A stretch of DNA of 64,000 nt from Parasitella parasitica NRRL 2501 (GCA_025201805.1 MU619349.1:43000-106999); one strand, 5' to 3'. Numbered from the stretch's first letter, positions 13,338-25,905 are shown. The notes: generated by a model not told the origin, from the letters alone. A program made the numbers and translations.

Positions 13338-15374
13338 ATGAAGTATATTCCATTGGCTTTAGCTCTTTGTAAGTAGAAAAGTGATACAACAAATATGTAG
13401 GTTTGCAACTAATATGCAAAATGACTTTTTACATTTATAGCAATCATTGTTCATTGCTCATCAGTGTTCGCTGATACAGTGTACAGTGTCATTTCAGATG
13501 ATCCAAAGTACGACACAGGTGTCATTATCAATAACAACATCTACTTATTACAACGATCAGTCGAGAGCAATATTTTATTCCAAGGTGCTGCACCTTCTAA
13601 TGTACAATATTCGTATGCCAAGCTCCAAAAGGGTACCACAACCATTGTGGAACAAGAAAACTTCTCCCGTCCTGCAGTGTCTGGTAGTCAGACCATGAAT
13701 GAATTCTTCAACCGCAACTGGAATCGCAAAGAAGTGTCCACTTTTGAACCCATTAGTAGCATTAGCAAAAACTTTAACCGTCGAGACGATAATGAGTTGC
13801 ATCCTGTTGGCGAGATCCCTACTATTCATGTCATTGCTGCACAAACTGAAATTGATAAAATCCACAATCATTACAAGCAAGAAATTGAAGTCCTTGTAAA
13901 CGTGACATATATCAGGTAGATGTGCAAATCTACAGATAGTGTCATGAAATACTGACATTTATTTACAGCACCAACATGGTCAAAACATTCAGCAATGCCA
14001 AGTTTGAAATTGGTGGACGATCCTCCAGGCAGTTTACCAAGTTTGCGTACAACATCAAACTAAATAAAAAGCAAGATGAGGACAACTTGAGTGGTTATCA
14101 AAAGCTCAAATTACGCACAACTGTCAGCGATCCTAGTTATATGCGTGAATATCTATCAACTGAGATGCTCTACGCTGCAAATCAACCCGCTACTAAAGCA
14201 TCATATGTGAGGTAAATTTTGAAGTCTATCAAAATGAGTTTCTTTTTTGCTAATATTGCTGGTATTTGAAATGTGCAGATTATTCATCAACGATAGACCT
14301 ATCGGTTTGTTCACACTTATGGAGAAGTATGATAAAAACTGGCTTGCAAACGAGTTCAATGCTGGCAAAAGTGATTATGCTCACGGTATCCTTTACGAAG
14401 GACAAGGTGGAAGCAAAGACTCCGTTCGAGCAGACTTGTCCTACAAAGGAGACAACCCTTCTGCTTATAATGCATCTGCATACTCTGTTTCTGAAAAATC
14501 AAAGTTAGGGGCTGAAAGTTTAGATGATTTGACCACCTTCATCAAGTTTATCAACGATCAGCGTTTATTCCAAAAAACTGCCAGTGCCGAATCCATTTCA
14601 GCCACTGTTCCTGAATGGGAAAAGCAGCTCGATGTAGAGAATTTCTTGGTTGCGTAAGTGTTTGTTTGATATTCTTCCTGCATGGCGTGGTATTCAAATT
14701 CATTATTATAATCACCCAGTATGGCGTTCGAGTTCCTTCAGGGCTTCTGGGATGGCTACCTTCAAAACTCCAACAACTACTTTCTTTACAAGTCTCCAGA
14801 ATCAAACCACTTTGTCTGGATCAGCTGGGATTACGACTATGTGATGGGAAGTGGCCCGGTCAATATGAAGAGTCTTGCTCAAGGCGATTACACGACCTAT
14901 GTTGGTTTCGATAAAAGACCTTTGACCATCGCGCTTTTGAACGTCCCTGAATTCAAGGCCATGTTTGAGAAAAACTTGAAAACCATTGCTGACGAAATCT
15001 ACAATCCCACCAAAGCTAACCCTGTCATCGATTCTATTTCAAATTTGATCAAAGACGATGTGGCCTGGGACAAAACTCTACCTCATGTGAGAAAAGGACT
15101 CGAGTTCTGGACTTTCTCATTAGACAACTTGAAATATGGCAACTTCAACAACAACACAAACCAAAATGAGGGCGTGCCACCTACTTTAAGTGTTACTACT
15201 GGTATAGACTTCTTGTTACGTTTGAATTCAGACATTGACTGGAAGAAAGCTGTAAATGGAAAAACAGGTCATATTTCTTTGTATGGTGTCAAAGAATGGA
15301 TAAACCTCAAGTATAGCAACTTTTACAAAAAGACTTCTTATAAGCCTCTTTTACCACTCCCTCTTAAACATTAA
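13338..15374 (+). CDS. CotH-family secreted kinase-like protein
   Basis: Five exons. Signal peptide MKYIPLALALSIIVHCSSVFA; CotH motifs GGRSSRQFTKFAYNIKL, KLKLRTTVSDPSYMRE, DGYLQNSNNY and SWDYDY. Confidence 0.9.
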
Positions 15375-15479
15375 TTCCACCATATTTATTGTAAAGTTTC
15401 GAATCAGAATAATAGTAATGAAATATAAATTTAACAGCTAAGGTTTCATTTATGTTAATGTTATTTTGAACAACGATGC

Positions 15480-15510
<31 letters not shown>

Positions 15511-17059
15511 GTTGTTGTTGAAAGAAGCAATCGACCGTAAGATGTATGCTCATCAAAAAAGTTTCCATTGTCCTATCCCAATATCTCGTAATAATTCTCT
15601 ATCTCTTTTTTATCATGTGTCTGTTGACTAAATTTTTTTTTTTTTTATTGAAGGCTATATAGAATTGGCCTTCCATTACACAAACATTGCGTAGGACATT
15701 GGATGCTACAAAATAGATTACGTTGTGGATCTAACTTGGGAAAAAAATGCTGCAATTTCCTTCATCAGACGTAAATAATATGCTCTATACTTCATTTTCG
15801 AGAAACTAGAAACAAAAGGTTTTACAAAATCTTATGTTTACATCGCTCAATAGTCTACAAAGATGTTAGAGATTGCAAATAATGCCTCCAAGCGGGGAAA
15901 CAGGTGATGGTCATGCTTAAGTGGCCTTTATTTTAACCAAATTATGGAGCTACATGAAATCAGCTTTTGAGGCCGTATTATACTATGTTTCAGCTATCGA
16001 TTCATATTGAGACATACCCAAGTTGCCTATTAGGATCATGCTTTGCTCCTCAATTGAGAATAAATGCTTCACTGCTAAAGACCTATATTCGCAGTGGTAA
16101 ATTCAACCACAGAAGTATGTTGCCATTGCAGCTGTAAAGTGTTGAAGCAATAACCTGGCGAGACAAAGTCCCTCAAACTTGATGAAATAAAAATCTACAA
16201 ATTGAGACAAGAAAGCAAGAGAGATAGAAACAAATTTAAAAATTTATGGTTGTTAAATGTTAGGTCTTATTTCCTTGCAAGTCGAGTAGTTGGCAAAAAG
16301 ATTCACCAGGTCCATATATTGGAAAAATAATGTGATAAAAATAAAAATAAAAAAATATTAATTTAAAGGGCATAGCTACTTTTAACTTCGTTTGAAAACA
16401 AGACAAGCGAAGAATAAAAGGGCGAAAATTACGAAGCACCCTATAACCCCTCCTTCAACAACTGTTCCTTTGAGAATTTCTGACGTACTAAAAATAAACA
16501 AATTTCCAAACTTCATCTTGTCTGCTTATTTTTGCTTGAAGCAAGAATGGCTATTAGATGATATGTATCGTGTTTTAGGACGTTAAACGAAACGGCATAA
16601 TAGCGCAGATGCCAAATTTGTGAGGCTACAAAAGTGTTCTGGACAAACAGCCAAAAGTTGATAGGTTTATTTCGTTATCAAAAATGTTCAAAAGCGACGA
16701 GTCTTGGTAGTATTTCTCGAGGATTTGACTACACCGACATGTATCGAGTACTAACGTCAAAGAGCATCTCTCATTAAATGACATGTCGGTACCACATATG
16801 GTGCAGTGCAAAGACAAAGAAATCCTACAACGGTATATACAAGGGGGGCAAGTGTGAGAATTGTGTATGTAAAATACATGCCATTATGCATAACGTGGTT
16901 TGATATACTCCTATAGGAGGCTATTTGATACGTTATATTTTTATAAAACGGGAGGTACGACACTCGAGTAGAACACAATTAGAAGTCGAACATATGGGGA
17001 TATTTTACACGGGTACACATTTATTATTATACTTTGAAAATCTATATTGTATATGCTGT

Positions 17060-19224
17060 TCAAGCTTGAGGGCAGGCAAATCCACCAGTGGCAGGCGTAG
17101 CAATGACAGTTGGCTTGTATCCCAACCAATCGAGGCCAAAGAAATGCAAAGTGATCCAAAAATGGAGTGGCAAAGCTTCTCTTTGGCTTGTGTTGGTTGA
17201 CACAACACTACTATTAGGAGAGTTTAGAGGGGCCATGTGTTGTGGAGAACAGGCTTTAGTGAGGTCGACAAAGGTGGTATCTGTACTATCTCGTGCTTGG
17301 TAGTCTACTCGGATCGGCAGTTGTATAGTAGAAATAGCATTTGGAGCCAGGACAATATGCTCAGGATTTGGATCATCGTTATGCACTCCTTTGCCTATGA
17401 TGAGCCCAGTAAGAGCGTCTTTAGCAAGCACCTGGATTTGAACGAGCCTTGTAGGAACATGGTTTTGACGATTGTCGACAGTGACATTGACCAGCCATTC
17501 GCTTTCAAAGGCTACATTGCCTACCATGACACCCTGTTTTGTCTCTGTGATTTTGGCGGGAGAAGTCAATGAGGCTCCTTCAATACGAATTAGTGGCGTA
17601 CGAGGCCATAAAAAGTAAGCAACAAGCACTGCCACAATTAAGCTCAGAAAAGTAAAGAAGACCCAGCCTCGTCTACCGCAACCTCGTTTCTTTGGAGTTG
17701 ATTCTTGCTGTTGCTGTTGCTGTTCTATCTCTTTTTCACGTTTTTGCTTCTGACGCTGCTCAATAGTTTGACGACTAGGTTTTTGACCGCAACTAATGAA
17801 GCAGCAGCCGATCCAAAATCCACGGCTCTGCTGTTCACGATCATCGTCAGAAGACTTCTTCTTGTTGTTTAGCTTTGCTGTGGATCCTGCTGGACTCATG
17901 TTGCGAGTGTCATAGCTGGCTTTTTCTTCGTCATCATAATCATGCTCTTCTTCGTCTTGGTCATCATTGTAGTCCCAATGTCGATCATTTTGATGATATT
18001 TGTGGCCATAGTTACCGATTTCAACATCATCATAATCGTCATAGCCGCCGTGTTTGGTAGAATAATTGTCGCCCATAGCCAACGTTCGTTTATCATCAGA
18101 AACAGAAGAGTCAACAAAGTAATCACCAAGCGAAAAAGACGTATTGTCGACGGTAGCGTTCTTTTCCGATTCAATGAACTGGGCATAAATAGGCTTTTTC
18201 TGTTGTTGCTGCTGCTGCATTTGATGATGAACTAGTGTGTCCTGGCTTCCCCAAGGTCTGCTGTTTCTTTCGTTTCTGCCATTTGGGCCTAGATTATTTA
18301 ATACAGAACTGGCAGCAGAGGATGGTGATAACGTTAAATCTAAATTGAGTAATGATGTGCTGTTATCATCAAACAAGATGGATCTTGGTGGTTGAGGCTC
18401 CAGTGGATGAACTAATTACAAAACATCTTTCAATTAACATACTTTGCATTGCATACGCAATCTTTCCTACTACCTTGCGAAGGCTTTCGCCCGCCATTAC
18501 CATTGTTAATGACTCCCATATCGAGTTCATCCGCAAAGGATGTCGCACGTGATCTGGCTGTATCTGGAGTTGTAGGGGCCAAGGTGCTAGAGGACTTCAT
18601 AAACGCACTAGCGATTGTCAATCTTCCTGGCGCAGAATCTGCTGTGGGCTTCAAGTTATTGGTAGTTCTTGCCGAGAGGGATGAACCAGCCCGTTCTCTA
18701 TATTGCTGGATGCTCTGCATCGAGTTTGAGGGTGAGCTCACATTGTTGGTACTGGTTGTGCTCATAAACCGATCTGCTACGGAGAGCTTACTATTGCTTC
18801 CAGTTGTTGGAATGTCTGACAAAGTAGAATTGGAGATGGTAGTGGACACAGATGGCGAGCTTCCCTGTGTCAAAGGAGTTGGTAATGGCGGGGCCTGAGA
18901 TACAGTTGGCGAGAAATCTGTTGCCATGAAACGGTCTGCTATGGACAATCTAGGCACCTGAGCCATGACAGCAGCTGGTGCAGACGGTCTTCGATTGTTT
19001 TGCTGCTGCTGCAGTCTTTGGATTTGCTGCTGTTGCTGTTGCTGAGCTGGTACAGCAGCAGAAACAGACTTTGATCTTTTCTGATTTGCGGCATGTCGTG
19101 TTGCGGAAGTTGATGCAGTGGGTGTAACTTTTCCTGACTCTCTGCGTAACGATGATCTTCGCTTGGGTTTGCCTGCTGAGCCACCGGCAGATGGACGTCT
19201 TGGATGTGGATGTGTTGCCACCAT
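17060..19224 (-). CDS. Single-pass membrane protein with a long disordered N-terminus and a C-terminal LEA_2-like domain (~700 aa)
   Basis: The two ORFs join in frame across intron 18412-18473. TM segment WVFFTFLSLIVAVLVAYFLWPRTP is followed by VNVTVDNRQN, typical of LEA_2/NDR1-type folds. Confidence 0.75.
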
Positions 19225-19730
19225 TGATTAACTAAATTATGTTGTAAAAAAGGATAAAGAAAAGAGAATGGAAGAAAGAGAGAAAAGGGAAAGCAAAGAT
19301 TGGGGAGTCAATTTGATGGGATAAGAATGTGTATCTCATTTGCACAATAAAAAGAGATTCAATAGGGAGCTCAGTTTTTATGTTTAAACCTGCTGCTGAT
19401 GCTGTTGCTCCCTGTCTCTTTCCATCTGTAGTAGTAGATTGAATGATCCCTAATTTCTCCTGTTTTTTTTTGTTTTTTTTTGTTTTGTTTTTTTTTTCTT
19501 TTTTTTTTAATGCTTTCTATACCATACATAAATACATTTAAATGTGTGAAAATCAATAATCGATGCCTCTTTTTCTTCATGGCAGATCGCGCTTGGCCGT
19601 GCACTCCTCTTGTCTCAAGATGAGGCGGGAGAACAAGACAAATATTCAATTGATATGATGTTAGAAAAAGGGGATGTTCTTCTTTTAACCTCCTCCCTGT
19701 TTCACATCTATTTAACATTAGTATAGTATA

Positions 19731-21563
19731 CAGTGAGAACGGTAAATTTTGTCACTTTGAGAAAACCCAAAAAATAAATGGCACTAAGCCGAAAATGATT
19801 CTAAAAACTTTGACCTTTTGAAGTACAATAAGTTAAGTTAAATCAAATTGACCTAAAAATGATATGCATTTTTTGATTTCACTAAAAGCTGCTTGTGATT
19901 AAATGCAAAATGTTCACATTCTAAAGCAGATTTTGAAGACGGAAAGATGTGCTGAGGATTCATTAATATATATGTTTATTATTGATAGACACCTATCCAT
20001 CACATTATCATAAAATAGTTTCTAGCATGTTCTTGCTCACCTTAGATTAATCACCTTGAGCAGCGCATAGGCAAGATTAATAATAGAAAGAAACGGTGAT
20101 GGTGAAATGGTCTTCTCTTGACAGAATCTCTTTTGCAGTAGAAGATAATAACATTAAGGCTGCATCTGACTTATGATGCTCTGGAATTAGATCTAGTTCG
20201 TGACGAGTAAGAAAGAGCCCTAGGGCGATCAAAGGATCCAATGTTCGTTGAGTTAAGTGATTAGACACAGCATTAGCGGTCAGTAGCACACATTGTTTGG
20301 CCCAAAACTTGCAGCTTGCTTCGAGTAGAAGTCCATTTCTACTGATGGTAAATTCTCTTTGGAGGTCAGCACTTGAGAAAGATTTGGTTACAATTACAAG
20401 AATAATGGGCAGTACTTTGTAGCGCTTGTAAGTATGAGATGCATATTTTATAAGCCTCAGCATAAAATCTTGATCAACCTGATATTGAAGTTCAATTAAT
20501 ATTGGTGGCAAGTGATTCTGTTGTTTTATTTGGCGACTCGTAAACTGCATCCGACCTGCTACCATCAGCCCATTCAGTCTGGGCTGCGACAAGCTATTGG
20601 CAGGAACGCTTGCATCTATAGACCATCTGTGTGTTAAATATATACCGCATCTTTATACAAGTGATAAAATACACTACCAACTAAAGAGTGAACAACCAGG
20701 TTTATGATTTTTGGATCATTAAGCAACATTTTGTTCAAAAGATCTTCACCAGACTTCCATTTTAAGGGCAGGATGAGATCTTCAGCAGGCTTCCACTTTA
20801 AAGGCAGCTTCCGCAAGTGTTAGTATTAGCACGGGTGTTATTGAGGCAAAGTCTGCTTGCAGAACGCGAATGGCCTTCTTGACCACAGCTTGAGCAGATT
20901 CTAATAGCAGGCACTCTGTGTTTGTAGTAATAAAAGTGTCAACATATTTGTATTAAATAAAACAGAGTGTGCAGCTAAAAAAGTCGCCTTTGCTGGTTAG
21001 ACCATGTCCAATTTCGAAAGATTCAAGCTTTTTCGCCCGAATTTCGACATTATTCACTTTGTTTCATACGCACATTTTACTTATAATTTTCTGAAGTGTT
21101 AAAGTATTTTTAATTAGTTTCTGAAATTGAGGATGTGCTTGGCTCAATGCCAACTTCTCGAAGTTTAACAAACTGGAATGGAACTGAAAAAACCAACTAA
21201 AGCTTTTGTTAACTCCATTTCTTCTTGGTTTAGGGCTTCAAGCGACTTTATACGTTACCGTCACCTTTTCTTTCTATTATTAATCTTGCCTATGCGCTGC
21301 TCAAGGTGATTAATCTAAGGTGAGCAAGAACATGCTAGAAACTATTTTATGATAATGTGATGGATAGGTGTCTACCAATATTAAAAATATATATTAATGA
21401 ATCCTCAGCACATCTTTCCGTCTTCAAAATCTGCTTTAGAATGTGAACATTTTGCATTTAATCACAAGCAGCTTTTAGTGAAATCAAAAAATGCATATCA
21501 TTTTTAGGTCAATTTAATTTAACTTGTTTTATTTCAAAAGGACAAAAGGACAAAGTTTTTAGA
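19731..21563. mobile_element. Non-autonomous/decayed DNA element with ~305-bp inverted repeats, carrying a nuclease pseudogene
   Basis: 19800-20105 is the near-perfect reverse complement of 21255-21563. The left end extends to TA|CAGTGAG at 19731, a Tc1/mariner-like terminus; the matching right terminus is missing. Confidence 0.85.
20077..20900 (-). pseudogene. Zn-knuckle + Rpn-like PD-(D/E)XK nuclease, frameshifted
   Basis: CSSCGQEGHSRSASRLC (~20846-20896); GEDLLNKMLLNDPKIINLVVHSL; 62-nt intron 20616-20677; TEWADGSRSDAVY, then a frameshift, then LPPILIELQYQVDQDFMLRLIKY...LPIILVIV. Confidence 0.7.
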
Positions 21564-21772
21564 CAGCATCTGTCTGGTGTTGACAACTTGTAAGTTAGAC
21601 ATCGTATTTTTAGATATAATCGCACTACTCCTCTATTCTATTTTTATAGGGGTTATTTACTTGTATTTTCAATGCCTGTCGAATATTTTATTCAATAGAT
21701 GGATTGCAGAAGCGGCTCATAAGGAGAGAATAGCCCAAAATTACGATGATATTGGACGCCCTTCATTTCTTT

Positions 21773-21812
<40 letters not shown>

Positions 21813-21953
21813 TGGATCTATTATTAAAAGTAATTACCAATAAGCGAATCAAATGAACTAAACCATTAAATCTCGTTTGAAACTCATTATACAACTACAC
21901 ACAAAGGTGTTGACTCTTTATTACTTTTTCTTTCTCTATTATATTTGTATATA

Positions 21954-23027
21954 ATGAAGTTTTCAAATCTTGTAACATGCTTATTTTCTATCTCTTTAAG
22001 CTTGGTTTCAGCACAACAGACAGTTCAGAGCGGCTCAAGCACGAATGCTGTGATTTCGCAATACGGGTCCACATTTAAGAATGCTGGCGGAAGTGTTCTC
22101 CACGATAAAGTGAACGGTACTTTATACCCCTTCCCCAACACAAATGAACCCCCCCCCCTAACGATATTATCATAGTGTACATCATCTTTTACGGAAATTG
22201 GTCCTCAACTGAATCTCAACATGAGCAGACGATATTCATGGATTTCGTTGATAACATTTCTTCTAGCCCTTGGTTTAGTTTGTGTAAGAAACTCACCGAC
22301 TGGCAATTTAGAAGTATAGGGCACTAACATACCCTCTTGCAGTGAAACAATACACAGATAATAATGGTAAATCCGTTACTGGTCCTCTCAACTTGGCTGC
22401 TGCTGTAAATGACGCTGGTAGTCATTCACTCAATTTAACAAGCACGATCCATAAGCAAATCGTATTAGACGCAGTGAATTCAGGCTTCCTTTCCCCCATC
22501 AATCGTTTAGACAGCAATGGAATCTATGTTATTATGGGTGGCCCTGATGTATCAGATAATGACTTCTGCAAGACAAATTGCGGTTATAACGGATTTAGTG
22601 ATGAGTTCCAGTACATGTTTATTGGTTATCCCGGTGTCTGCCCTGACATGTATGTAATTTTATCAATCTACATGGCTGCCATAAATATAAATATCTCATG
22701 TGTTTCTTTTTTTCATGTAGTTGTATCCCCTCAGCAAATAAAGCTTCATCACCCAACAATTCACCTGCTATGGATGCTGCCATTACTATATTTTCTCATG
22801 AACTTCAAGATATCCTTACTGATCCAAGAGGTAATGGTTGGGAGATCCAAACTAGCAACCTCACAGTTGAGTTGGGCGATTTCTGTTCTGGTCAAGGCAC
22901 AAGTTCAGATCAATTTGGCAATATCACTCAATCAAACGCTGGCTCATACAACATTGAGCTAAATAGCCGCAAATACTTGGTTCAGACTGTACTTGACCTT
23001 TCAACACAACAATGCAAACTTGGATAA
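21954..23027 (+). CDS. Secreted PHI-1/EXORDIUM-like protein
   Basis: Exons 21954-22116, 22176-22283, 22343-22649 and 22721-23027 join in frame. Signal peptide; GGSVL...VYIIFYGNW, SPWF, FC...CGY, SPNNSPAMDAAITIFSHELQDILTDPRGNGW, ELGDFC, GSYN...RKYLVQ. Confidence 0.82.
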
Positions 23028-23160
23028 AATAATAAACTTGTTGTGTATACCCTCATCTGTTAAAGTCTACCATTCTCATTATATTACCTGTACCATTTTT
23101 ATTTTTTTCTTCTTCCTCTCTCTTGATTGCTCTTCTACATGGTTCTTTATTTAATATACT

Positions 23161-23791
23161 GGATGACTTCCAAAACTAAAAAATGAATAAATTTTATTCA
23201 TTTGTCAACTCCGTTAGATTGAGATTCGTCCCGATATAAACCACGATTTATTTGCGTTTATTCACGTCAATAAAGGTTGTTAATATCAGTATAAAACTTC
23301 GATTTTATTGAGACATTGTGGTTCGATGGCTTTTTACAGTTGATGTACAAGAAATCAAGATTACTATTTTATAATATTCATATAATATTAAGTTAAAGGT
23401 GCTTTTGTTTACAAATAATACAAATGAACGAAAACACACGAAGTAAAGGTGCATCGTAAAGATAAAAATAAGGACGAAGACGGCGACAACGAAGATTGGG
23501 GGGGAAGAAAAAGATGTGAATAAGAAAATGTTAAGGACGTCAGAGGCAAAAGCCCTAAGCGTGATTAAATGCTATGGAGTGGTTTTTTTTTTTTTTTTTT
23601 GCATAAATTCTTTATTCATCGTTTAATTTGGCCTCTACCCCCCTCGTCAGATTTGGCTGTAAATCACAAAAAGTGAATAAATTTTATTCACTCGTTATTC
23701 ACGTCTTTTGAACATTCGAATATTTTCAATCCCAATTGAATAACAGATTTATTCACGATTTTATTTATTCATTGAGTTTTGGAAGTCGTCC
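23161..23791. mobile_element. MITE-like element with terminal inverted repeats
   Basis: Left end GGATGACTTCCAAAACT...TGAATAAA; right end TTTATTCATTGAGTTTTGGAAGTCGTCC. No ORF. The internal palindrome TGAATAAATTTTATTCA occurs twice. Confidence 0.75.
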
Positions 23792-24083
23792 ACTTTATTA
23801 AATAAAATCATATTTTTCAGTAGGTCTACTAAAAGAGTCGATATAATGCAACTGTTTTTTATCTGAGGTTGCGAATACAAGAGGCATGAACCTATACTCG
23901 TATACGTGGATATATATAACATGATCTTTTCTCAAACTACGGGTGACATTGGCTTAATAATGACACCCTTTCATATGTCGAGTCTAGTATTGTGTGAATT
24001 CTATCATGTATATTGACCACAATTGCTATTTAGCTATCATACTCTACTTTATTATGCCATTATACGGTATATCACCATGATTT

Positions 24084-25553
24084 TTATTGGAACAAATGAC
24101 TATATTCCTCATCCAAAGGAGTGTCGTCCAACCATCTAACCTCAATGTCAGTGTTGGGTAGCAGCTTTCTGAGATAAGCTTCGGATCTCTCGTTCCAATC
24201 TTCTTGACCTTTGAGTGCTAGGGCTTCCACATAGCATTCTTCAATAACCAACTTTTTCAATTTAGTGTCGAACGGCTCTTCCATTTCGCGGGTAATTTCA
24301 AGTGTGAAGAAATCCATCTGCATGGATTCCAGTGATCGTAGCGACTCCAACATAAAATCCAAAGGCACTCGATTACTTTGTGGCCCATCGACTTCCTCTT
24401 TGGATTGATTGATTCGAAAATGTTTTAAATTTGGGAACTTTGCCAAGTCTTGAATAAACTTTTTCTTGTCGCCGTATGCCATGCTCTCGTACGATGTGCC
24501 AGATATTGTCAGAGAAGTTAAGCTGGTGATCTGTTGTGATTTGACTAGTAGAGGGAAACTGTCTTCTGCTTCGTAAATGCCAAGCTCAATCTTTTTCAAC
24601 CGGACGCCAGCCCTGTCCATTGCATCAAAAACAGCAGATGTCAATTTGAGACACTGTACGCTGTAAAACTCCAGTGTCTTGAGCCCAGTTACGAGCTTAA
24701 CCAGACTTGCCTCATACTTGTCTTCATACGCAATCTGCCCATCATACATGTCTTCTGCTTTTCCTATGATGAGATTCCTGAGATTGGGGTATTTTTGCGA
24801 GAAATAGACCAACCACATGTCCATATTACCGAGAAATGTGATTTCGTCCAGGAATAAGGTCTCCATCGAGTGTGCTGGCGCTGGCGTACTTTTGAATCTA
24901 GATTCTGGGAAGCCGATATCCCTAAATAAGAGTGTTTTCAGGTTTGGCAAATACTTGTGTATTTTTTCCATGTGCTCTAAAGTCGTATTGGCGAAATTCA
25001 GATCAAGAATTTTCAAGTTGGGGCAGCTTTTCAGGTAATCATACAAAACAAACTTCTTTTCCTCGTCATCTATGCCCAGAATATCGAGACTTAGACGTTG
25101 GAGTTGAGGGCAAGATTTCTTGGATAATAACGTAAATGCAATGACAGGCGTTCCGGCTTCCTTGAGAGAAGTGAGTGTTACCGCCCAAGGATTGAATGCT
25201 GCAAGCACTTTTCTGCTGTTATAACCGCGTATAGGATAGTCCGGGTTCACAAAACTGAATTCTTTGATGTTGGGAAACAAGACAGGTAGTGCCATATAGG
25301 CGTTGATATCAAGACGCACATTGATAATTTGTAGCTTTTTAACTTGTTTTGAAAACTCTTTGTTTTTATCGAAAAAGGTGCGCATACTCGCAAAGTCTTT
25401 TGGCTTGCTTACAACGATTGACTCGTGAAGTTTGCCAGATATCTGAATTGCATTATAGAGGGATTTGTTAACAGAGAGACACTCGAGCTGTTCATTTTTG
25501 GACAGAAAATCGAGGCAATTAAGAAACACCTCTACAGGGAGACGGTCGATCAT
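24084..25553 (-). CDS. F-box protein with LRR-like repeats
   Basis: N-terminal F-box (MIDRLPVEVFLNCLDFLSKNEQLECLSVNKSLY) and repeated PNLKxLxL motifs; intronless. Confidence 0.82.
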   Translation of the reverse strand: MIDRLPVEVFLNCLDFLSKNEQLECLSVNKSLYNAIQISGKLHESIVVSKPKDFASMRTFFDKNKEFSKQVKKLQIINVRLDINAYMALPVLFPNIKEFSFVNPDYPIRGYNSRKVLAAFNPWAVTLTSLKEAGTPVIAFTLLSKKSCPQLQRLSLDILGIDDEEKKFVLYDYLKSCPNLKILDLNFANTTLEHMEKIHKYLPNLKTLLFRDIGFPESRFKSTPAPAHSMETLFLDEITFLGNMDMWLVYFSQKYPNLRNLIIGKAEDMYDGQIAYEDKYEASLVKLVTGLKTLEFYSVQCLKLTSAVFDAMDRAGVRLKKIELGIYEAEDSFPLLVKSQQITSLTSLTISGTSYESMAYGDKKKFIQDLAKFPNLKHFRINQSKEEVDGPQSNRVPLDFMLESLRSLESMQMDFFTLEITREMEEPFDTKLKKLVIEECYVEALALKGQEDWNERSEAYLRKLLPNTDIEVRWLDDTPLDEEYSHLFQ

Positions 25554-25905
25554 ATGAGAAAAGGATGGCAAGGGAAAGCAAAAACAAGGATGCCACCTTT
25601 TTCAAGTAGGGCGTGCACACAATACCATATCATTGGCTAGAATCGTTGTTTAGGCTCGACCATCCAGTCTGTTTGTAGTGTATGAATGAGCTGCGAAGTA
25701 TTGGAGAAGCTACACTTTCTGATTCCAAGAAATGCATTGTTTATTACACTTCATTGCTCAAAAGTCATGCATATCCCATAAGAGATTGTAATGAATTAAT
25801 TCTATGTTTGACTCAATTCATACAGAGTAATTGGGATCTGTGCAAGAATTGAATATAGCATAGTAATTTTATATGGCGTAATGTTTGGTATTAAATAATA
25901 AGCAA

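Noticed and set aside
15650-16200. Coding-like composition with stops
   Set aside because: Possibly a pseudogene relic, but no motif could be identified.
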